Assembly: GCA_030606585.1 (NCBI GenBank)
Contig: JAUWGD010000001.1
Location: forward strand, 1-42,662
DNA from: Dehalococcoidales bacterium
Lineage (GTDB): Bacteria > Chloroflexota > Dehalococcoidia > Dehalococcoidales > RBG-16-60-22
Reading direction: 5' to 3'
Length of the DNA: 42,662 nt
The notes beneath the pieces were generated by a model. It made no database searches, was not told the DNA's origin, and worked only from the letters and a program-made list of their open reading frames with translations. How positions within the stretch are numbered: the stretch's first letter is position 1; each line of letters starts with the position of its first letter. This document shows positions 26,119 through 34,854 of the stretch, in pieces. Made by a program: the position numbers and the translations under genes.

Positions 26119-27504
26119 TCATAACCCGTACGGCGGTAGGTCAATTTCCCACCATGCTTCGGGGTCTTTCCCATAACCGGGGTCGGTATCCAGCTTTCTG
26201 AACATTCCATTGAATACCGATGTGGCAGATAATATTTGCCTCACTAAATTGTGTATATGTATAAACGATTTATCTAGCTTAGTGAAGGGGCAGGCAGCCA
26301 GGCAGATGCCGCAATCGTGTCCTCCTATCCTCAGCCAATGTGAGAAACAGTTAGGGGCTTTCTCGTAGTACGTCTTGACGCCGGGGTTATTCCAAGGCCC
26401 TTGTATCTCCCACGATGGTTCAGTTTCCATACTGAGGGCATTACTCGGACAGACCTCGGCGCATTTCTTGCAGGTACGGCAAAAGCGGAATATACCGGCA
26501 TCTATCGGCTTGGTGGGAGCCAGAGGTAAATCGGTAATCACCTTGTATACCCGCACCAATGGGCCCCAATACGGAGAAATCATCCTGTTCAAACGGCTTA
26601 ACTCGCCCAACCCGGCCAGCACGCCGAAACCAGGGCTATTACCCGAGGTACCCATGTTGCCATCAGCCAGGCACTGATAGCCAAGTCTGCTTATAAACTG
26701 CTGGAGGCGAAGCTGGACTGAGGTACCCTCGGAATAGGCCAGCGAAGAGGCAGCCGTGGCCAGAGCCGCCGGTGCTGTGGCCAGGGATAGTGGTGACATC
26801 CGGATGGTATAGACAATCATCCATTTCGCTTTATAGGGTATCACCTTCTTCTTATCCGTCTCATACGCCTTGTCCACATCCTCAAACTCCCACTTCCTGC
26901 CGTCCCAACCATCAAATTCGTAGATCAGTTTGCGGGTATTCTCATCGAGTTCTACCACGCCAACAGAATCGGCCCCATAAAGCTTAGCTGCTGCCCTGAC
27001 CATTCGTGTATTTTCCTCGGGTGTGCCCTCATAACGAGGGTAGTCAAGGTCGTCGGGTATGCCCGCCATGCTGAAGGGAACCTTAAGGCCGGGACCGAGG
27101 AAGGCATGCTCCATAGTTAAGAGTGATGTTAGCCATCCGCCGGCGACCAGTGCCTTTTCCCTCAGCGTATACCCCGACTCGTTTTCAAGTATAGATTTTG
27201 TAGCTGCCTCCCCAGCTTCCCCCCCCAACTTCATAGCATTATCGGGGCCGACGGCCTGGGCAAAACCATTGACAAACATGATATTACTGGAGTCAAAGCG
27301 CTTCATCTGGCTCCAGTCAATCTCCACGGTAGGTTTATCGACCTCCTTTATCCACCATGGCAGTTTCCGCTCCGCTACTGGTGATGCCTTTATCTCGTCA
27401 AGGTCACGGTATTGCGAAGAGCCTGAGCCACCAGCATCAGTGTTTCCCTCCAATCCCAATGTCTTCATAAAGCTTCTCTTACTCCAGGTAGTGTGATACT
27501 TCAC
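26119..27504 (-). CDS. rdhA: reductive dehalogenase catalytic subunit homolog
   Basis: Dehalococcoides-type N-terminus (SKRSFMKTLGL...LPWWIKEVDKPTVEIDW) and C-terminal CRTCKKCAEVCP and C...CGICLAACP FeS motifs. GTG start with AGGGGGG 7 nt upstream. Confidence 0.9.
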   Translation of the reverse strand: MKYHTTWSKRSFMKTLGLEGNTDAGGSGSSQYRDLDEIKASPVAERKLPWWIKEVDKPTVEIDWSQMKRFDSSNIMFVNGFAQAVGPDNAMKLGGEAGEAATKSILENESGYTLREKALVAGGWLTSLLTMEHAFLGPGLKVPFSMAGIPDDLDYPRYEGTPEENTRMVRAAAKLYGADSVGVVELDENTRKLIYEFDGWDGRKWEFEDVDKAYETDKKKVIPYKAKWMIVYTIRMSPLSLATAPAALATAASSLAYSEGTSVQLRLQQFISRLGYQCLADGNMGTSGNSPGFGVLAGLGELSRLNRMISPYWGPLVRVYKVITDLPLAPTKPIDAGIFRFCRTCKKCAEVCPSNALSMETEPSWEIQGPWNNPGVKTYYEKAPNCFSHWLRIGGHDCGICLAACPFTKLDKSFIHIHNLVRQILSATSVFNGMFRKLDTDPGYGKDPEAWWEIDLPPYGL

Positions 27505-27554
27505 AGTTATACCCCCCTATGCAAAATCTCGAATAAGGCACTATTTTTAGCCCG

Positions 27555-27583
27555 ATTATACACCCATTGTTGACAGCAAGCAA
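27555..27583 (-). promoter_or_regulatory. candidate sigma70-type promoter for rdhA
   Basis: The minus strand reads TTGCTT - 17 nt - TATAAT. The -10 (27560..27555) lies about 50 nt upstream of the GTG. Confidence 0.4.
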
Positions 27584-27600
27584 AACTTAATCTTTTTAGT

Positions 27601-27627
27601 TAGTTGTATTAATGTGAATAACAACTA
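27601..27627. promoter_or_regulatory. inverted repeat TAGTTGT-N13-ACAACTA just upstream of the candidate rdhA -35
   Basis: Perfect 7-bp arms. The position suits an activator or repressor site for rdhA. Confidence 0.25.
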
Positions 27628-27694
27628 TTTACTCTTTCTTCCTTCTTGACTACATCTTTGTCAGTTGATGTTTGATTATTATGAAATATACAAC

Positions 27695-27723
27695 TTGACA
27701 CTTAATCTCAAAGAACACATAAT
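27695..27723 (+). promoter_or_regulatory. candidate sigma70-type promoter for the plus-strand genes starting at 27792
   Basis: TTGACA (27695..27700) - 17 nt - CATAAT (27718..27723), about 70 nt upstream of ATG 27792. Confidence 0.4.
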
Positions 27724-27791
27724 TTTCAAAGGGGAAAAATACCGGAAACGGAAAACACTGAAAGAATAAGGAATTCTTTCACAGGTAGAAA

Positions 27792-28055
27792 ATGACTGAG
27801 TTATTAGTTGTCATTCTGGTTCTAATCGTTCTGGCCCGCGTTACCGGCGAGGTAATGCAGAGATTGGGCCAGCTTGCCATACTCGGTGAACTGCTTATCG
27901 GGATAGCGCTGTGGGCTATTATAGCTTACGGCCCGTTCACCCAGCCCGTGCCGGTGCCACTGATTGTAAGCGCTGTTTTCTCCAGTATCGTTATCATGGC
28001 CATTGTGACTACCGTAATCGTCCCTCTGACTATGAAACCACTGCTAAAGGTCTAG
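27792..28055 (+). CDS. 87-aa three-TM protein whose N-terminus matches cation:proton antiporter (CPA2/Kef-type) N-termini; possible gene remnant
   Basis: LARVTGEVMQRLGQLAILGELLIGIAL is the canonical start of CPA2 transporters, which are normally 400 aa or longer. Confidence 0.45.
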   Translation: MTELLVVILVLIVLARVTGEVMQRLGQLAILGELLIGIALWAIIAYGPFTQPVPVPLIVSAVFSSIVIMAIVTTVIVPLTMKPLLKV

Positions 28056-28080
28056 GTGTATATAAGAAAGGAGAGATAAT

Positions 28081-28512
28081 ATGGCGGAGAATAAGAAACA
28101 CGGCGAATATATAACGGAACTCGGCACACTCAAATCCATGTATAAACAGGTAGTCGCCGACCAGGTAGCTGTAATGGGTGCCAGGGATTTGAACGGCGCC
28201 GATTTTTCACTGGGCTGGTCATATCTAACCGAGCCATTCCTCATGGTAGGAGACGCACATACGCATGATTTCGACCAGATTATTTTCTTCCTCGGCGGCG
28301 ACCCTAACAATATCGGGGAGTTCGGCGCCGAGGTCGAGATGCACCTGGACAATAAGAAACAAATTATCAATTACACTTCATGCGTTTATATACCTGCCGG
28401 GCTATCGCACGGCCCCCTTGATGTTAAAATAGTTAACAAGCCTGTTATATTCATCGATATTACGCTTTCGCCCGGGCATTCCATCAGACCGGTCCCGCCG
28501 GCGTCTAAGTAA
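28081..28512 (+). CDS. cupin-fold protein
   Basis: GDAHTHDFDQIIFFLGG (cupin motif 1 with Q in place of E) and IPAGLSHGP (motif 2). GGAGAG RBS upstream. Confidence 0.6.
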   Translation: MAENKKHGEYITELGTLKSMYKQVVADQVAVMGARDLNGADFSLGWSYLTEPFLMVGDAHTHDFDQIIFFLGGDPNNIGEFGAEVEMHLDNKKQIINYTSCVYIPAGLSHGPLDVKIVNKPVIFIDITLSPGHSIRPVPPASK

Positions 28513-28530
28513 AAGGAGGAGTAAATTCAA

Positions 28531-29019
28531 ATGGCCGAATCAAAATACGACAAGTTTTTCTTTTCCGATTTTAAAGAACCATCCAATCTTTCCGCCGTAG
28601 CCGGGCCGCAGGCTTACTTTCGGGGTTCCCGGCAGATTCCCGGCGCCAACATGAACATGGGGTGGCAGGTCTTCGTAGAGCCTATCTACCTGGAAAAAGA
28701 GCCTCATACCCACGATGTTGACGAGTACCTTATTTTCCTGGGGGGTAGACTCCCGGATTTATTCGAGTCTTTTCAGGCGGAAATAGATTTCTGTATCGGC
28801 GAAGAACAGGAAGAGCACCTTATCAATAAACCCACGATTATCTTCATTCCGAAGGGGATGGTACACTGTCCGCTGAACTTCAGAAAAATCGATAAACCTC
28901 TCCTATTCCATGCCCTTCTCCTATCGCCCAGGTTCACCAAGACCATGGGAGACAAGGAGTTCTCTTATGACGGCCCGACCGCGCCGGGAGCCGGAGGCCC
29001 TGCTGTTTTAGACCTTTAA
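28531..29019 (+). CDS. cupin-fold protein, paralog of 28081..28512
   Basis: PHTHDVDEYLIFLGG fits HxH(x)3E(x)6G. IPKGMVHCPLN fits PxG(x)2H(x)3N. AGGAGGAG RBS upstream. Confidence 0.65.
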   Translation: MAESKYDKFFFSDFKEPSNLSAVAGPQAYFRGSRQIPGANMNMGWQVFVEPIYLEKEPHTHDVDEYLIFLGGRLPDLFESFQAEIDFCIGEEQEEHLINKPTIIFIPKGMVHCPLNFRKIDKPLLFHALLLSPRFTKTMGDKEFSYDGPTAPGAGGPAVLDL

Positions 29020-29100
29020 CTATCCGTTATGACTATCCCTACCCTCAATGGTATAATGCCCAAGGACACGGAGAATATATAGAGGACTGATAGATACGAT

Positions 29101-29991
29101 TTGAAACTTAAATTCTGGTTTCTGGAGACACGTCCGCAATTCCTGACGCTGACCGTGGTGCTGGCTTTCCTCGGCACTGTCATCGCCTGGTATTATGACT
29201 ATTTCCACCTCGGGCACGCGATACTCGCCGGCATAGGTCTTTTATTTGCCCATATCAGCGTAAACACACTCAACGACTATTTCGATTACCGGAGCGGCAT
29301 CGACCTGGCTACAAAACGCACCCCCTTCAGCGGGGGTAGCGGTATCCTTCCTGAAAAGTTGCTCAGTCCGCGGCAGGTGCTGTGGCTGGGGATGGGCTCT
29401 TTAATACTGGCGGTGCCTATCGGCATCTACTTTACCGTGGTCAGCGGCTGGCAGTTGCTGCCGCTGCTCCTGGTGGCCGCGTTCTTCATACTGCTTTACT
29501 GCCCCTTTATCCTCAAGCGACCCTGGCCGGAGTGGGTAGCCGGAGCCGGTATGGGCACGCTGCCGATACTGGGCATGGCCTTTGTACAGATGGGCTCCTA
29601 TACCTGGGAAACCGTGATCGCCGCCATCCCTTCCGGATTTCTGGTGCATAATCTTCTCCTGCTTAACGAGTTTCCCGATGCCGAAGCCGACCGGCAGGCT
29701 GGACGTAAGACAATAGTGATTACCATCGGCAAGAAAAAGGCTGCTATATTCTACGTGGTAGTAGCCATAGCCGTGTATGTCTGGATAATTGCCTGGGTGG
29801 CGGCTGGTTATATGCCCGTCTGGACCCTGCTTGCCCTGATTACCCTGCCGCTTACCGCCAGGGCTATCAACGGCGCCATCCACCCTGACGACCCTTCCAA
29901 ACTCATGCCGGGTATGGCGGCCAACGTGATGGCGATGCTGGGGACGCAACTGCTGATAGGAATCGGGTTTATTCTCGGTCGCGTTTTGTAA
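29101..29991 (+). CDS. menA: UbiA-family prenyltransferase, MenA-like (1,4-dihydroxy-2-naphthoate polyprenyltransferase)
   Basis: Polytopic membrane protein with NTLNDYFDYRSGID and a second Asp-rich motif NEFPDAEADRQAG. TTG start as given in the track. Confidence 0.75.
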   Translation: MKLKFWFLETRPQFLTLTVVLAFLGTVIAWYYDYFHLGHAILAGIGLLFAHISVNTLNDYFDYRSGIDLATKRTPFSGGSGILPEKLLSPRQVLWLGMGSLILAVPIGIYFTVVSGWQLLPLLLVAAFFILLYCPFILKRPWPEWVAGAGMGTLPILGMAFVQMGSYTWETVIAAIPSGFLVHNLLLLNEFPDAEADRQAGRKTIVITIGKKKAAIFYVVVAIAVYVWIIAWVAAGYMPVWTLLALITLPLTARAINGAIHPDDPSKLMPGMAANVMAMLGTQLLIGIGFILGRVL

Positions 29992-29992
29992 C

Positions 29993-30727
29993 ATGGCTAT
30001 GGAAAGCCCCAATCCTCCCCGAAAGCCCGAACCGCTACACGGTATGTTCACGGCGGTTCTGCCAAGCTACGACCTGATAAATCATGTTGTTAGCCTGGGT
30101 ATGGATAAGCGATGGCGGCGACTGGCGGCCCAGACCTGTTTAGAGGAGAATCCCCGGCATGTCCTCGACCTGGGGTGCGGTACGGGCGATTTAACCATCA
30201 GTCTAGCCCGTCTGGCCGACGAACATGCTGAAATAATCGGACTGGACTACAGCCTGCCCATGCTGGAGCGGGCACGAAAGAAAGCAGACCGGGCCGGCGT
30301 GGGAGAGAAAATCAAATTCAGCCACGGCGAAGCCACGAATATACCCTTCCCCGACGGTCACCTCGACTGCGTGGGGATATCATTCGCTTTCCGTAACCTT
30401 ACCTATAAAACTCCGCTATGCCTGCCCCACCTTGCCGAGGTGAAGAGAGTGCTTAAACCGGGCGGTAGATATGTCATCGTGGAGTCGAGTCAGCCGGCGA
30501 ACCGGGCAATCAGAACGCTGTTTCATCTGTACATGCGTACCGTGGCGCAGTCAGTGGGCGCAATCATCTCCACCAACCGGGGCGCCTACCGCTATCTGGC
30601 AGAGTCGATGTCGCGCTTCTACACGCCAGCGGAAGTCAGGGAGATGTTGCTTTCGACGGGATTCAGGAGTGTCAGCTACCGTCCTCTGCTCCTGGGCGCC
30701 GTTGGACTGCACGTGGCTATCAGCTAA
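29993..30727 (+). CDS. ubiE: demethylmenaquinone/ubiquinone C-methyltransferase (UbiE/MenG family)
   Basis: F..V...YDL.N...S.G.D..WRR N-terminal signature and the VLDLGCGTGD SAM motif. It begins 1 nt after the menA stop. Confidence 0.85.
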   Translation: MAMESPNPPRKPEPLHGMFTAVLPSYDLINHVVSLGMDKRWRRLAAQTCLEENPRHVLDLGCGTGDLTISLARLADEHAEIIGLDYSLPMLERARKKADRAGVGEKIKFSHGEATNIPFPDGHLDCVGISFAFRNLTYKTPLCLPHLAEVKRVLKPGGRYVIVESSQPANRAIRTLFHLYMRTVAQSVGAIISTNRGAYRYLAESMSRFYTPAEVREMLLSTGFRSVSYRPLLLGAVGLHVAIS

Positions 30728-30729
30728 AG

Positions 30730-32016
30730 TTAAATCTGGTGTTCGATGCAGTGTTCACGCAGGGTATTAAGGGCGGCGAAGAAGTCCCGCATCATCACGC
30801 TCACCGGGTACATCCCTTTCCCGGTAACATGCAGTACGCCGTTTCCGGAAACCAGCCCGAAGGTCTTAAAAAAGGTAATCTCCGCCCACAGCTTACTCTG
30901 AGCGTTATTGCCGAAGCGACGTTGCAGCGCTTCCGTATCCAGCTTCATACCGAAAAGCTTTGTTAAAATATAATAGCGTAGATTTTCTTTTTCGGATAGT
31001 CTACGCCAGCCTATTATCGGTAATCGCCCGGCACCGGTAAGCTCATGATAACGGTCGAGTGAGAAAGAATTAACAAAGAAGTTGCCGCGCACGATGCTTA
31101 CCGAACCCGAGCCGATGCCGATATAGTCGTCAAATTCGATGATATACTCGTCAATCATCCGTTCGCCGCGGGAGAAACACCACGCCGTCGAGGCTCTATA
31201 GCCACCACGGTAGAGTTCGCGCAGGATAACATCGTAAAACTGCTTTTCGCGTGAATTGTCCACACGGTTGAACCTGCGCTCCATCGCGTCCTTCTTGTGG
31301 GGAGAAGCCATAAGCGGGTAGAACGTGGCCTGGTCGATGCCCAGTTCCTTGAAAGCGGCCACATCGGCGGCTAACTGCTCGATTCTCTGGCCGGGGAAAT
31401 TAAAAACGAAATCCACGTTCAGCGTATCGAACTGCCCTTCGGCCATGAGGAGTCGGCTCTTAACCTCGTCGGCGGGACCGTTAACCCGTCCCATCGTCTT
31501 CAGCACCGATTCCTCGAAGCTCTGCACACCGATGGAGAGTCGATTTATACCCATCTCCCTTAAAAGTCCGATGTTCCGCTCTGTCAGCTCCCGGGGCGTT
31601 GTCTCCAGAGAGACTTCGCCGACATCAAACTGCGTCCGCAGGTAACTGATAAATGAAGTAAGCTCGTCCATGAGCACCGTGGGCGTTCCCCCACCGAAGT
31701 AAATGCTGGAGAAGCTGAAGCCGCGCCGTATGTATAACCCAAGCTCTTTCTTCAGGTCGATAAAATAACGGCGCGCCAGCTCTTCATCAAACAGGTAGCG
31801 GTTAAAGCAGCAGAACGGACAAAGGGAGCGACAGAACGGTATATGCACGTACAGCGATATACCTGCCTTACCCCCCAGTTCCTCCCCGTTTATAACTGAA
31901 TCGTCAAAGGTGGGATTCAGATTGCGGAATTTGCGACCCTCACGCCTGGTAACAAAGCTTACGAGCTCCGGTATCATCTCTGTCTCAGTATCGTCTCCTC
32001 TAAAAAATGATACCAT
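30730..32016 (-). CDS. HemN-like class-C radical SAM enzyme (candidate menaquinone methyltransferase MenK/MqnK type)
   Basis: LYVHIPFCRSLCPFCCF (CxxxCxxC), GGGTP, and a HemN-like C-terminal domain. It contains QATFYPLM. Confidence 0.8.
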   Translation of the reverse strand: MVSFFRGDDTETEMIPELVSFVTRREGRKFRNLNPTFDDSVINGEELGGKAGISLYVHIPFCRSLCPFCCFNRYLFDEELARRYFIDLKKELGLYIRRGFSFSSIYFGGGTPTVLMDELTSFISYLRTQFDVGEVSLETTPRELTERNIGLLREMGINRLSIGVQSFEESVLKTMGRVNGPADEVKSRLLMAEGQFDTLNVDFVFNFPGQRIEQLAADVAAFKELGIDQATFYPLMASPHKKDAMERRFNRVDNSREKQFYDVILRELYRGGYRASTAWCFSRGERMIDEYIIEFDDYIGIGSGSVSIVRGNFFVNSFSLDRYHELTGAGRLPIIGWRRLSEKENLRYYILTKLFGMKLDTEALQRRFGNNAQSKLWAEITFFKTFGLVSGNGVLHVTGKGMYPVSVMMRDFFAALNTLREHCIEHQI

Positions 32017-32099
32017 ACGGCAGTGACTTTGGCGAACACGGGGCGCAAGACAAAATCAGAGGAATCTTCTGAAAAACCGGGGCAATAGACAGTTGAGAG

Positions 32100-33392
32100 T
32101 TATTTTTTAGACAAACGGGACCTGACAAATCCGGAGTTGAACGCTTTGACGGCGACGGGGCAGAACTGGGTGCGCGCGTGCTTATGCAACTCGGCAAAGG
32201 CCTGCTGCCGGCTGAGCGCCTGACGATAGACATGGTCGGTAGTCATATTATCAAAAGCATCCGCTACGGCTATCAACCTGGCTCCTATCGGCAGCGTTTC
32301 TGACTTGATTCCCTGCGGATATCCCTTGCCGTCATACCTTTCATGATGATATAGAATGAGCTTACTGGCTTCTTTAAGAAACGGAACTTCTTTCAGAAGG
32401 TCATAACCTATCACCGGGTGCTTTCGTATCATCTCCCATTCTTCATCGGTAAGGGTGCCGGACTTGTTCAGTATGCTGTCAGGAATACTGAGCTTACCTA
32501 TATCATGAAGAATGGCGGCGTATTCGAGACTTTGTTTCTCCTCTTTTGAAAGCGACAACTCCCTGGCTCCGGTGAGAGCGTACTCCATTACCCGGCGCGA
32601 GTGTCCACCTCCACTGGCTTCTTTGGTATCCGCCAGGGACACGAGCGCCTTGATAGTACCATTGTAGGAATTTAGCAGGTTCGCATTCATTCTGGTGGTT
32701 TCGATAGTCATAGCGGTAGTATCTGCCACGCCCAGCATTGTTCTCAGGTCCTGCTTATTGAAATCGGTACCGTCCGCTTTATTGAGTACTTCAATTACCC
32801 CGATTACCTTATCCCCGATAACAATCGGTACGCCGATGATAGACTTCGTCTCAAAACCGGTAGCATTGTCTATCTGTTTGTAAAAATTCGCATTCTTCTC
32901 GGCGTTATTCACCACCAGGGGTTTGGCGTTCCTGACTATCCACCCGGCAATACCCGACTGCCGACTGATATGTAATCTTTTAAGTTGCTGTCCCACCGGG
33001 CCATCGGCAAACTTGAAATACAGTTCCTGGGTCTCATCATCCAGCAGTAGTAAAGAGGATGCTGAAGAACCGAGGGCATTATGCGTCAGCCGCATGATGC
33101 TATTAATTAACTCACCTTCTTTGTCTTCCGGTTTAGCCCTGGCCCAGAGCTTCTCAAGAAGGTCAATTTTAGACGTGCCGACCTGCGGTATTAAATTTAC
33201 AGGCTTAGGCATCTTGTCGTCGTTACTACCTTTCACTTCAACATGTGCCGCTTTATTAACAGGCATCGACACCTTACCACCACTACTGCCGCTCATTTTT
33301 ACCTGAGCCATCCTGCGGCGAAGTCCCGGTATCTTCACGGCTTGACCGGCTTTTACTTTTACCGGTACTAATCTGACAGGCAAACGCCTCAT
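32100..33392 (-). CDS. GAF + HD-GYP domain signalling protein (probable c-di-GMP phosphodiesterase)
   Basis: HDIGKLSIP...LTDEEWEMIRKHP...HHERYDGKGYPQG is the HD-GYP signature. A GAF-like region precedes it. GGAGGA lies just upstream of ATG 33392. Confidence 0.85.
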   Translation of the reverse strand: MRRLPVRLVPVKVKAGQAVKIPGLRRRMAQVKMSGSSGGKVSMPVNKAAHVEVKGSNDDKMPKPVNLIPQVGTSKIDLLEKLWARAKPEDKEGELINSIMRLTHNALGSSASSLLLLDDETQELYFKFADGPVGQQLKRLHISRQSGIAGWIVRNAKPLVVNNAEKNANFYKQIDNATGFETKSIIGVPIVIGDKVIGVIEVLNKADGTDFNKQDLRTMLGVADTTAMTIETTRMNANLLNSYNGTIKALVSLADTKEASGGGHSRRVMEYALTGARELSLSKEEKQSLEYAAILHDIGKLSIPDSILNKSGTLTDEEWEMIRKHPVIGYDLLKEVPFLKEASKLILYHHERYDGKGYPQGIKSETLPIGARLIAVADAFDNMTTDHVYRQALSRQQAFAELHKHARTQFCPVAVKAFNSGFVRSRLSKK

Positions 33393-33570
33393 TTCTCCTC
33401 CACGAGTTTACGAAATCGCCGTTTTTAACTATATTTCTCTCATTCTGGCAATAAGTCGATAAATTAAAAATAAACATTCACATTTAAAAACTAAAAATTA
33501 TGTAAACATTCGCCCTGCTGCTGGTGGTAGGGAAACATCAATAACGACTACATAGAGTTTAATCTGTTGA

Positions 33571-34800
33571 CTACCGCAGGCTGTCAGCCAGGTCTTCGCG
33601 GCTGGCCATACCGGTAACGGCATCCAGGAACTCTCTGAGAGAAACACTCCTGCTTCTTAGTTCCTTCAGTTCGGTCCCGATGGGGCTTATTGAGGTGGGG
33701 CTGTCAGCATAAGCTCCGTGGAAAGCAAAATAAGCCTGGTTCAGTTTCCTGATATAATACCCGTTTTCGGCCAGATACTGCCGCTTCTGCTCCATAAATT
33801 CCTCGGCCTGTTCTATTTCACCCCGGGCAAGGTAATCATCCACGGCTTTCCTGATTTCTCTCATTGCTTTATTGAAATCAAAACCCGATTCCGCCACCTG
33901 TTCCGCGTCATCCCCTTCACCATTCGCATAATACTGCTCATAGATAATCGCGCCGATTTCCTTGCTAATCATGCTGGCGACGGTCTCGTTCATAGTGGCA
34001 ATATCATAGTCCCTGCGGATACCGGCCAGGTCCAGCACATAGAGAAACCCCAGCGGGGTAAAGGCCAGATACTGGTGTAGCCACTCTTCGCCGGCGGTAT
34101 CGAGCATGAACCGGACGTCCGCCTTATCCGTAACGTAGCTCGGGTAGGTTGACAAGCCACCCAGGTTGACCACCAGTGCGGAGACACCGAGGCTGTCAAT
34201 CTCAGCCTCGATGCTCGCCATGTCCTCTTCACTCATGTCCGGCAGGAGAGTAACTTCCCTGATGCTTTCTATCCTGTCCCTGGGCGACACTACCAGCAGG
34301 TGGGGAGGCTTGGCTAGGTGAATATTGACCGGGGGATAACCGATTCTGATACTTACGCACTTATCCAGGGGATTATAGATACCCTGTTGGGAAAAGGCCT
34401 CTCTTATCTGCGTTTCCAGATGTCTTTCAACAAGTTCGGCCAGTTCCGCGTTCTGCCGCTGCCGTTCGCCGAGTTCATCTTCAAGCGATGCCAGGTCTCC
34501 CTGCCGTTTTCCCGCCCCAACGGCTCTTATTTCCCATTCCAGTCTCTGAATCCGTTCTATATTGGTGAAAAACACGGCGGTTGCATTATCCGTGTTTTCG
34601 TCGCGGCGACTGAATAACTTACCCGCCTCGCTGATAAGGGCGTTGAATTCCCAATTGACGAGGTCAAAGCGGTGGGGCCCGGTGATTTCACGCAGCTGTG
34701 TGTCGAAGTCATGGTCCGGAGCACAGCCGGCTGCCAGCGAAAGAAGCAGTAATACGATAGTGACCGGTAGCAGTGCGAATTTACATCGGGATTTAATCAA
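33571..34800 (-). CDS. hypothetical lipoprotein
   Basis: The signal peptide with lipobox LSLAAGC follows a basic N-terminus. No domain was recognised. Confidence 0.55.
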   Translation of the reverse strand: MIKSRCKFALLPVTIVLLLLSLAAGCAPDHDFDTQLREITGPHRFDLVNWEFNALISEAGKLFSRRDENTDNATAVFFTNIERIQRLEWEIRAVGAGKRQGDLASLEDELGERQRQNAELAELVERHLETQIREAFSQQGIYNPLDKCVSIRIGYPPVNIHLAKPPHLLVVSPRDRIESIREVTLLPDMSEEDMASIEAEIDSLGVSALVVNLGGLSTYPSYVTDKADVRFMLDTAGEEWLHQYLAFTPLGFLYVLDLAGIRRDYDIATMNETVASMISKEIGAIIYEQYYANGEGDDAEQVAESGFDFNKAMREIRKAVDDYLARGEIEQAEEFMEQKRQYLAENGYYIRKLNQAYFAFHGAYADSPTSISPIGTELKELRSRSVSLREFLDAVTGMASREDLADSLR

Positions 34801-34854
34801 TTCAATTCCCTGAAACGCCCTCAGGATTTTTAGAAGATACGCCTATCTATTTAG

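Noticed and set aside
27792-28055. The 87-aa three-TM ORF as the missing rdhB.
   Set aside because: It is divergently oriented with its own promoter. Its N-terminus matches CPA2 antiporter starts rather than anything I recognise from RdhB. It is kept as a low-interest item to be excluded by an HMM.
30725-30732. Convergent ubiE and HemN-like stop codons only 2 nt apart, as a regulatory feature.
   Set aside because: This is simply compact gene packing. No structure or motif is present to support a function.
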